This document shows, piece by piece, positions 1 through 9,951 of a DNA stretch of 64,000 nt. The notes below the pieces were generated by a model. It ran no database searches. It was not told the DNA's origin and saw nothing but the letters and a program-made list of their open reading frames with translations. The first letter of the stretch is position 1; every line of letters begins with the position of its first letter. The position numbers and the translations under genes were made by a program. This DNA is from the human T2T-CHM13v2.0 reference genome, Homo sapiens, in the NCBI RefSeq assembly GCF_009914755.1, contig NC_060944.1; one strand, given 5' to 3'.

Positions 1-35
1 GGCAAGACTCTGTCTCCAAAAAAAAAAAAAAAAAA
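1..35 (+). mobile_element. Alu 3' end and poly(A) tail, cut by the window edge
   Basis: GCAAGACTCTGTCTC followed by an A run. Confidence 0.85.
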
Positions 36-469
36 GACATTTCAGTTTGCCCTTTCTAGATGAACCATGTGGCAAACTACACCTCTGGAAACATTTTTCT
101 TTTGCTCACCATAGGCCCATCTTCTTTGAATGTACATCTTCATCTATATATTCCCTACTCTTAATCTATTTCTTTATAAGGTGCTAATAGGCCAGGTGAA
201 AATTTCCACTAATCTATTAATAAAAGCAGACCAGTGATAGGCTTTAAGAATAAAGTCATGATAAAGTTAGCAAATACAGAGGGGAAAGAAACAGCAAAAT
301 GTTTGGGGTTTTTTGTTTGTTTGTTTTCGAGAACATTGCTACTTGGTTCCATTAGACTCCTTTGATTGTACATGACAGAAACCAACTCTGGTTATTTTCA
401 GCAAAAAAAAAAAAAAAAAAAAAAAATAGGAGGTAATGCAAGGCTATCTGATGGAGTGGTATTTGACTT

Positions 470-700
470 GAGAGCTCATTATTGAGGAAAAACCCAGCCA
501 AATGAATGTCTGCGGAATGAGTGTTCTAGGCAGTGCAAAGATCCTGAGGTGAGAGCAAAAGAGGTGTGCCACAGGGTTGGAGGAAAGACCCATGGGTGGG
601 AGGAGGGTGAACATGACGGGGAGCACTCAGACTGATGAGACAGGGCTTTGTAGCTCATGGTAAGGAGTTTTAATTTCATTCTCTGTGATAGAAAGCCTTA
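470..700 (-). mobile_element. L2 LINE fragment
   Basis: Degenerate L2 motifs (TGCAAAGATCCTGAGG, GGTAAGGAGTTTTAATTTCATTCT). Confidence 0.55.
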
Positions 701-704
701 CATG

Positions 705-1079
705 TGTAGTAGTCCGTTTTCACAGTTCTATAAAAATACTACCTGAGACTGGGTAATTTATAAAGGAAAGAGATGTAATTGACTCACAGTTCTGCATGGC
801 TGGGTAGGCCTCAGGAAACTTACAGTCATGGCAGAAGGCAAAGGAGAATCAAGTAACTTCTTCATAAGGCAGCAGGAAAAGAGAGTACAAGCGAAAGAGG
901 AACTGCCAAACACTTATAAACCCATCAGATGTTGTGAGAACTCAACTCACTATCATGAGAACAGCATGAAGGAATCCGCCCGCATGATACCATCACCTCC
1001 CACCAGGTACCTGCCTCAACACGTGGAGATTATAATTCCAGGTGATATTTGGGTGGGGCCACAGAACCAAACCATATCA
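705..1079 (-). mobile_element. THE1 (THE1D-like) MaLR solo LTR
   Basis: TGTAGTAGTCCGTTTTCAC...CCTGAGACTGGGTAATTTATAAAG...AACCATATCA matches the reverse complement of the THE1/MST consensus. Confidence 0.9.
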
Positions 1080-1139
1080 TAGGGTTTTAAGTAAATGAGT
1101 GATATTATTTGAGTTAGAGTAGAGAAATATCACACTTCT

Positions 1140-1340
1140 ATAAACAATTACTATATCTCAGGCACTGTATATCCACCTTAGGTCCTTTTCCTTTAATCTT
1201 CACCAATGAATGGGTACAATTATTATCACTTCTCAGATTAGTAAAGTGAGGCTTAGGGAGGAAAAGCAACTTGTTTGGAGTCACATAGTGACTATATGGC
1301 AAATCTGAACCTCAACCCTTGTCATCTGCCTCCAGTTCCT
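1140..1340 (-). mobile_element. MIR SINE
   Basis: Reverse MIR core (AAAGTGAGGCTTAGGGAGG...GTCACATAG). Confidence 0.7.
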
Positions 1341-2428
1341 GGCTCAAAATACTCATTAAAGGCTCATTTTTATTGCCATTGTTTATGATGTTTATTTTTC
1401 TAACCCTTCCAAGAGTGTTTTGTGGATTGCATTATTCTTTTCTTCTCAATTTTATAAATAAAAGAGACTCGCCTCAAAATCACAACTGAAGGAAAAAAAT
1501 AACAAACTTGTAGTTTCCTCTAAAGAACTTCACGGACACCCAGCTCAGAAGAATTTGGCCCGGCCAGGGATGGGGCGGGGAGGGAAGGACTGGCTGCCGC
1601 AATGTTTTGGGTTCGGCCATCCCATTTGTGAGAATTAGGAATGTTCTTTGGACAAAAGATCAAACACAAGCTTACTCCTTTCTATGCTGAGACGTTGCCC
1701 ACTCGCTTCCTCTTTTGTATCTTTCCTGGTAACTCGACTTCAGTTTCTCTGATGGTAAAGAGATGAGATCAGCCACTAGGGGATCGGTCGATGGGATCAG
1801 GTTTCAGTCATCAAAAAATTACGTCAAGTGCTAAGCATGAGTTACCTTCCACTGCCAGTGTCAGCCCAGGACGTGACTGCAGGGCCATCAATCCTGCCTT
1901 CCTTGTCCTTGTAGATGTTAAAATACAGGGTACTCTGGGAATTCATTAGTGGGGGTGTTGCATGGGAAAGGAGGGGCTATGCTCCAGGAAAAGTGGGTAT
2001 AGAGGCAGAGATGTAGCTTTCTAATGCTGTTACCTTGCACATTCTAACTATTAACTGCAGAGACATCTGCTGATTGTTTTCTTTACAAAGCGGGGGAGGG
2101 GGAGAAAATAAGAAAGTTAATTTCAGAGTTGGAAGCAGGTTTAAAATGACCTTCGTCAGTTATAAATATAACATCTACTTACTTTTAACCAGTTTATTTC
2201 CAATTCAATAACTTTTATTGAGTGTTTCCATCATAATAATTGTTTTTAAAAAGTTTACTATTAGAAAGTACTGAAAAGAATGTAGGAAAACAATTTCCTC
2301 CATAGTCCTACTATACAGAGGAAGATCCATTCTGTTTCCTGTCTATCGGCCTCTCTGCTCCTCTTTTAAATACTGAACCCAACTTTTTTATTGTTTCAAA
2401 TGATGTGACTATATTGTACCTATGATTT

Positions 2429-3188
2429 GTGTGATAGGCGTCACACCCAGGAGGTGTGATGGTCCCCACCTGCTGAGATCCCTGTCCTTGTGTGATTTTA
2501 TCCTCTTGAAAGTGGATGGACTTACCCTCCTCTAGTAAACAGAATATGGCAAACATATTGGGATGTCACTTCCAAGATTAGGTTATAAAAAGATGGTGGC
2601 TTCCATCTTAAGTGCACGCACGCTCTCTGTCTCTTTTTTTTTTTTTTTTTTTTTTTTTGAGGTTTCAGGGCATCTTTGGTGCCACAGTAGCTCAAGAAGA
2701 GCCTTTTATTTTATTTTATTTTATTTTATTTTTTTTTATTATACTCTAAGTTTTAGGGTACATGTGCACATTGTGCAGGTTAGTTACATATGTATACATG
2801 TGCCATGCTGGTGCGCTGCACCCACTAATGTGTCATCTAGCATTAGGTATATCTCCCAATGCTGTCTCTTGAATCACTCACGCTGGGGGACAGCCAGTAG
2901 CTGTGGTGTGGGCTATCCTGTGGTTTGGTGAGATACTGAAGGCGTCACTAGGCAGTCCACAAGCCTGCCAGAAATCACTTGCCAAAAACTACATGAGTTA
3001 ACTTAGGAGTGGACTCTTCATTCCCAGTGGCTTGACTGCAACCTGGTGAGAGATTCTGAATCAGATTCACTGAGCTAAGCCCCTTCTAGTTTCCTAAACC
3101 ACAGAAACTGTGAGATAATAAATGTTTGTTGTTGTTAGTTGCTGGATTTTTGAATAATATGTTACACAGCAATTGATAACTAATATAA
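2429..3188 (+). mobile_element. MLT1F-type MaLR solo LTR, interrupted by the L1HS insertion
   Basis: GGGATGTCACTTCCAAGATTAGGTTATAAAA and the 3' end ACAGAAACTGTGAGATAATAAATGTTTG...GATAACTAATA; the LTR sequence resumes after 2870. Confidence 0.8.
2636..2863 (-). mobile_element. L1HS-Ta, 5'-truncated (about 125 bp of 3'UTR), with patterned tail, 45-bp 3' transduction and second poly(A)
   Basis: L1 body 2738-2863 reads GATGACACATTAGTGGG (Ta ACA diagnostic, + strand 2829-2831) and CTTAGAGTAT (G diagnostic, + strand 2746); TSD CTGTCTCTT at 2627-2635 and 2862-2870. Confidence 0.95.
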
Positions 3189-3249
3189 TTTTTTATTCTG
3201 GTTTTCTCCATTAATTATGTCATAAGCATCTTATCAAGTGGTTATATTA

Positions 3250-3650
3250 TATTGTAATAACCATGTTTATGTAACATCATCAAGTAGGAGTATTTATACT
3301 TATTTATTGCTTATTTAATCTCTCCTTTATTACAGGACATTTACTTTGTTCTGTTTTTTGTACTATAAACACCACTGTGGTGAACATCTTTTTATGTAGA
3401 GCTTCTATTTTTTTTTTAGCTATTATCCTAAAATAGATTGGAATTAGTTTTAGGATTAGGAATCAGCTTGGATTACTGGATCAAAGGGTAAGAATATTTG
3501 TATTTCTCTGGATTTTTATTACACAACTTCTCCCCAGTAGGAGAGATTAATCAATACACTACTACCAGAAATGCAGGTCAATGTCTACTTCATCTCACCT
3601 TTGCCTTTTATTTTGATTATTGACAATTTGATAGGCAAAATATTTCATAG
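3250..3650 (-). mobile_element. Old L1 (L1ME-type) 3' fragment
   Basis: ATAAACACCACTGTGGTGAACATCTTT...GGATTACTGGATCAAAGGGTA, typical of L1M 3'UTR. Confidence 0.6.
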
Positions 3651-3768
3651 TTTACAACTATTAAAAGAAAGAGATCATTTTCCTGGTCACCTTTCTTAAA
3701 AAAAAAAAAGGAATATACATAGGGGTTGAAATACTGAGATAAGGAACTAAATATTAATTAACTAGAAG

Positions 3769-3959
3769 AAGTGCTGTCCAATAGAACTTTCTGTGATGAT
3801 GGAAATACCCTCTATCTGTATGTCTACACTAGTAGCACTAGGCATCTGTGGCTGCTGGGCCCTGTTAGCTAGTGCAACTAAGAAACTAGTTATTTTTTGA
3901 ATTTTATTTTATTTTAAATGCCCACATGGAGTTAGTGACTACTATATTGAACTGCACTG
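3769..3959 (+). mobile_element. MER3 (hAT-Charlie)
   Basis: GTGCTGTCCAATAGAACTTTCTGTGATGATGGAAAT terminal sequence. Confidence 0.85.
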
Positions 3960-4340
3960 TTCTGAAGGATTAAATGAAATACTAGCCTTCTATAGAAGAA
4001 AGCAGTTGAAGTTTGAGACACTGAAGCTTTCGCCTTCCTAACAATATCCCCTTTTCCCTACGCATTGGCTTTAAATAGGATGTCCCATGGGTCTGACATT
4101 TAAATCATAGTAACATTATTTCCATAAGGAATTCTATAAAATAAACATATGTTGCCTACCATAAAAGGACACGCTTAGAGGGACCTAATATCATTGATGT
4201 TTGTTTGAGATGCAAGGATCCTTGATTGATGGTTATATGATCACCACTTTCATTTAATCTCTGCTTCTACTTTCCAATATCCCTGCCTAGTGGTCTTGCA
4301 AACCATTACACTTGTCACAGAGGCTGGCATGAATGAGTCG

Positions 4341-4420
4341 ATGGATAGATGAGTGGATGGAAGGGTGGATGGATGGATGGATGGATGGATGGATGGGTGG
4401 ATGGATGGATGAGGATGGAT
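4341..4420. repeat. (GGAT)n microsatellite
   Basis: Visible imperfect GGAT tandem run. Confidence 0.95.
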
Positions 4421-4424
4421 AAAA

Positions 4425-4620
4425 GTAATAATAACAGCTAACACTCATAGTGTGCCTATTAAGTGTCAAAATTTGGACGCAAGGTTTTACCTGCAACATT
4501 TCATTCCCATTCAATCTTTGTAACAGCCCAAAGAGGCAAGTGTCACTAATTTTTCCTGTCTGACAGATGAGGAAACTGAGGAAATAACTAGTAAGTTACA
4601 CAGGCCATGTTTGAACCAGA
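4425..4620 (-). mobile_element. MIR SINE
   Basis: ACAGATGAGGAAACTGAGG core. Confidence 0.8.
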
Positions 4621-5570
4621 TTTGTCTGCCTTCAAGCCTTTTCCTAATCAATTATCCAACATCACACCATGAAGCTGTGAAATACAGCACCATGCATTAT
4701 TTACACCTTGTCACATTGTCGTGGTGGCGATTGAAAATTTTCTCCTGCAGGTAGCTACAGATGCTAGGGAGAAAATGCTCAAAACTGACAGGTACCTCAC
4801 TTGTCTCTAAAAGTGGCTCTTTCACTTTTTATTGCTGACCAACTTCTAATGTGTCAGTGCTATACTAATGTGGTTAACTGTTTGCCTGGGGCAGAAAAAT
4901 AAAGCTTCTGACATGCAATTAAAACCTGTCTTGCCCAATTGGGCGACTAATGAGATCAGCAAGAGTGGAAGCTGCCTAGTTAAGGCGTAGTTTGTGTCTC
5001 AGATCCATTTCATGGGGCAAGTGAAAGAGTGGCCAAGTGGAGTCGCCTGATGGTGAATTTGAAACATAATTAGGTAGTCCTCCCAGCCACCCTTGACTGC
5101 CCATTTGGGTCCACATGCAGACTCACTCACAACGGTGACTGCAAACCCTTGCACAGCCACTTAACACTGAGCTCCTTTCTGATGGGCTCACACAGCATTC
5201 CCATCATTCTGTCCTCTGGCCTGGACACTGAAGTTCATCACAAACTTTCTAGTTTCAGATGGTGGCATATGTTTAGTTGTCCCGTTCCCAAATCTGTGAA
5301 CTCTTTGTTCCTGCAATGACTTATCAGAAACTAATACAAGTTGAAGATTTGTCTAGAATGGGCTGTGACGACAACTGGACATCTCCACCCTTTGAGGATA
5401 TTGCTGGGAGCTTAGAGTCCTTGTTAGATTTCCCCATCCTTGGTTTTGTTATTAAAAGATTTCTCAGGAGGTATTGGGGCAGTTTCAACATATTCTATTA
5501 ATCAAGTTAGTTTTGATTTACTTTATTCAACAAATGTTCATTGAAAACCAACTGGGTAAGAAAAATTCTA

Positions 5571-6078
<508 letters not shown>

Positions 6079-6084
6079 AATAAG

Positions 6085-6530
6085 GCAAACTCTCTGCCTG
6101 CATGCAGCTTACAATCAATGGTTTGAAAAAGACAATAAACAGGTACATAAATATCTGAATAGGATAATCTCAGATGCTGCTAAGTATTATATTAAAAAAA
6201 CCTGATAATGTAATAGTGAATGACTAAAAATAAAGGTGGGAACAACTATGGAGACAACGGTCAGAGGAAGGTGACATATAGGCTGTGACCAGAAGGCTGA
6301 GTAGTCCCAGTCATGACAAAAATCTGGAGGAAGACCTTTCTACACAGAGGAAGCAGCAGGTACAAAGGTCCTGGGGTGAGAATGAGTTGGGTTTGTTCTT
6401 TCTGGAAAAGAAAGATGGTGGCTGGAGCTCAATGAATCCAGAATAAAGTGGGAAGATGAATGTAGAGGCCAGCAGAGGCCAAGTCACATATGACTATGCT
6501 GTCTGTGGAGGTGAGCTTTTATTCTACATC
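6085..6530 (-). mobile_element. L2 LINE fragment (continues from about 5525, split by the Alus)
   Basis: CAGCTTACAATC...GGTCAGAGGAAGGTGACAT...GTACAAAGGTCCTGGGG. Confidence 0.7.
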
Positions 6531-6549
6531 AAGAAGGATATAGTTTACA

Positions 6550-6740
6550 TCTACTGTAACCAGACACTAAATTGAGCACTTTATATACATTTTCTCTTCT
6601 GATCTTCACACCAACCATATAAGGTAGACATTATTTTCACTATATAGGTGAGAAAACTGGTGCTTAGGCATGTTTAATAACTTTCCTAAAATCACAGGTA
6701 GGAAGCAGGGAAGTCAGGCTTCAAACCTATGTTTGACCCC
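6550..6740 (-). mobile_element. MIR SINE
   Basis: ATAGGTGAGAAAACTGGTGCTTAGG core. Confidence 0.7.
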
Positions 6741-6839
6741 ATCACTCATTCTCACAGTCACCAAGCTGTGCTGAGATCAGACTTTGTGTCAGGGTGGAGA
6801 ATGGTAGGGAGTAATGTTTTGTTTGTTTGCTTGCTTGTT

Positions 6840-6878
6840 TGTGTGTGTGTGTGTGTTTGTGTGTGTGTATGTGTGTGT
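6840..6878. repeat. (TG)n microsatellite
   Basis: Visible. Confidence 0.95.
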
Positions 6879-7431
6879 TTAATAAGGGACTCTAGGTATT
6901 CCTCATATCATATCAATTGGATGGCAGTTTAATTCATAATGTCTTAAACATTGCAATCTCAAATTGTTCTTCCTGGAGGCCTGTGTGTTTGAATGAGAGG
7001 TGCAAGTGGTGAAGGTGGCAGAGAGGTGAACTTTGCAGCACCTGTCAATGCACGCTCCCACTGGGTGGGGTATTACGTCCCCCGTAGAGTCATGTGAAGT
7101 TATGACAAATGTGACATTAGCACCAAATTGGAATAAAGAAGACAAAGTTGAACATGTGAATAACTGTCTTTCAAGGTGTTTCTTTATGCCCAGGTGACAA
7201 AAAGTCCCTGGTACATTTCTGTCTGATTTTCTGACAAACTGACTGCCACAATCTGGCAGGGAGTGGCAATAGTCGCCTTGCCAGTCATGGGCAACCTGAT
7301 TTGTTGGACTGCAGGGTCTGTCTGGCATCAGTTGGTCATTGTTCTTTTTGGCATCATGGGTGTGTGATTATGTCCAGAAGGCAAGCAAACCTCAGTCCCC
7401 GAGATCAAGTGCACTCTCAATTTGATTTGTT

Positions 7432-7637
7432 CAGGGTTTGTCCAATGGCACTGTTGACATTTTTGTCTGGATAGTTGTTTGCTGATGGAGGCTGTCCTGT
7501 ATATCGTCGGACGTGTAGCCCCTACCCTCAGATACCACTAGCACCTCACCCCAGGCTGTGACAGACAAAAATGACTCCAGACATTGTTCTATGTCCCCTA
7601 GGAGCCAACCTCCCCACCTGAGAAATGAAAACCACTG
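7432..7637 (+). mobile_element. MER20 (hAT-Charlie)
   Basis: GGCACTGTTGACATTTT...GGCTGTCCTGT...CTCCAGACATTG...AACCACTG. Confidence 0.85.
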
Positions 7638-7865
7638 GCTTATTCACATAGTCTAGTTTATGAGAATGGAATGTGTTCTTAGTTAAACTCCAAAAGAGTT
7701 AAAATCCACTCAAATATACCAATCCTGAAGCTAGAAATAACATCTATGGCTGGCTATTCAGAGACTTTGCCTTAGAAAACTTATGATGAATACTGGAAAA
7801 ATTGATTGAATATATATGGATTCCATGACATACTCTGAAAGATGTTTTTGCTTGTCTGTCTCCTT

Positions 7866-8180
7866 GTATTAGGATAATTAAGGCTAGCTGGTGAAACAAA
7901 CAGCTAAACATCTCAGTGGCCCAACACAGTAAACATTTATGTTTCACATGTACAAAGTTGATCTCCACGTGGTGACTCAGATGCAACCTTCTTTCCAGGG
8001 TAGCTCTGCCATCTGGAGCATGTGGCTTCCAAAACCATTGAAGGTGTGAATGAGTTCTGTAACTGATGCCCATCACTTCTTCCCTCATCCCATTGGCCAG
8101 AAACTGGGAAGAGTGGTCTTCCTGTAGCAAGAGAAAGAAGAAATAGGATTTGGCAAACAGGTGGCATCACTTCTGCTATC
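7866..8180 (-). mobile_element. Old MLT1 (J/K-type) LTR fragment
   Basis: TTAGGATA...AACAAACAGCTAAACATCTCAGTGGC motif. Confidence 0.6.
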
Positions 8181-8269
8181 ATCCTAGATATCGGCTTTTC
8201 AGTTTATTGAATAATGTTCAAAATCTTCTTGATTTGTAACCTGAATTACAAATAAACAATAGTTATGAC

Positions 8270-8430
8270 AGTACAGTCTTCCCTAAACATGCCAAGCATC
8301 AGAATTACAGACTCCTCACGTCCTGCCCATCCATTCCAATTTGAGAGGTCTGAATGAGGTTCAGGAATCTGTAATTTTTACTTGCTCCAGGTAAGTGGGA
8401 TGGATAGGTATCTAGGACTCACTGGTCTCA
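8270..8430. mobile_element. MER5-like hAT relic
   Basis: GCATCAGAATTAC...CAGGAATCTGTAATTTTTAC. Confidence 0.5.
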
Positions 8431-8569
8431 GATCCAAGTAGTCTTACATCTTCATTTTTACTGCCCTTCATTAGGTTAAGAAATTGAGAGTTGGTTCTCA
8501 CCTTTCTGGGCTTTATTTGAAACAAAAACTGTATTGTCAGCTGGGTTCAGCTCTTCCTCCAATCTGGTA

Positions 8570-8890
8570 AACTCTCCAAGCCATAATTGTACCAGCTTCT
8601 GGCCTCTCAACGTCATTGCTCCAGCCGTGTTGAGCTCTAGTCTCCCATGCTTCCTTGACCAATGCTCCACACTGCTCAGTAATCTCTTAGGAAATGCAAA
8701 TCTGTTGGTTTTAATTCTTTGCCCAAAGTCATCAATGATTTCCCATTGTCCTAGGATCAAGTCCAGATGTTTTATTATCTACCTAAAACCCTTTTCTTCC
8801 AGCTCTCTTTTTTAACTACATCGCCAAGGCTAGCATGGTTCCTGGCATATAGTAAGCCCCTCAAAAAAATCTGTTGCATGAATGAGTTTG
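8570..8890 (+). mobile_element. L2 LINE fragments including 3' end
   Basis: AAATGCAAATCTG...CCTGGCATATAGTAAGCCCCTCAA...TGAATGA. Confidence 0.6.
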
Positions 8891-9319
8891 TAGAATGCAC
8901 TGAACTGTGCATATATGTAAATTTAAACTTGTCAGAAGAATTAGATGTCATTCCCCCTCCCCTTTTTAAACAGAATCCAGTTTATATCAGTTCTTCACAG
9001 TGTCAAGAACTCAAGTCTTGAGAATAGTTGTCTATTTTTATAGAAATTTGCATATCAATTAATAAATTTTGCACATGTGCATGCCCAGGTATGTGCCTAT
9101 ATATACATTGTATATTATACTTATGTAAAGGTATTTATACACAGTTATGTAACCAATGTATGGTATGTATACTTATACATTCATAAGTAAATATATTCAA
9201 TAAATGTATGTGTGTATAAGTGTGTATATTTACATATATATGCCCATTTTTTCTGATCTGCATACCACCATTGAAGACAAGAATGCTACTTGTCTTCAAG
9301 AATGCTACAAGAATAACTA

Positions 9320-9460
9320 CTGTTTGGAAAACAGATGTGAAAACTGAGGCTTGCAGAGGAAAATCAACTCTAGCAGAGCCACATAGCTAGTAATTACAGA
9401 GCCAGGTTTTGAATGGAGATCTATTCAGCCCCAAAGTCTAGACTTTGTCTTTCGATTACA
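9320..9460 (-). mobile_element. MIR SINE
   Basis: ACAGATGTGAAAACTGAGGC core. Confidence 0.75.
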
Positions 9461-9730
9461 CTGCTTTTCTAGGGCTATGCTGCTTCTAATTCCATGTTAA
9501 CATTTATACTGTAAACAGAATCGCTGTTCCTCATAAATAAGCAAATGAAATTGACATCTAGGCTAAGAAGCCGTAGACTGCAGCCTGTATCTACTGTAAT
9601 GTGATTCTGAAAGAGTTTTGTTCATTTTCTCTTAGGATAGATACAGTTTTGTATTTCCTAGCAAGCGTATGCCAAAATCTGAGTCTGCTTCCTTAGAAGT
9701 TTGGCATCTCTTCTCTCTCCTAAGATGAAC

Positions 9731-9951
9731 CAGGGTTTCTGAATCTTGACAACCTTGACGCTATTGAACCAGATACTTTCCTGCTATGATGGTGGTGGCG
9801 GGGGCCGGGGAGGCTGTCCTGGGCACTGTACACTGTTGAGCAGCATCCCCGGCCTCCACCCACTGGATGATTGTAGCACCTCTCCCCCAGGTTGTGACAA
9901 TCAGAGAATGTCTCCAGACGCTGGCAAATGTAACCCCAGTTGTGAACGCTG
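9731..9951 (+). mobile_element. MER20 (hAT-Charlie)
   Basis: GCAGCATCCCCGGCCTCCACCCACTGGATG...GTTGTGACAATCAGAGAATGTCTCCAGAC. Confidence 0.9.

Noticed and set aside
2563-2931. 122-aa ORF across the L1 insertion
   Set aside because: Reads through an MLT1 LTR, poly(T) tails and the antisense L1 3'UTR; not a gene
4735-4797. Possible 41-nt micro-exon (TTTTCTCCTGCAG|...CAG|GTACCT)
   Set aside because: Weak donor, frame-shifting length and no supporting neighbouring exons; expected by chance
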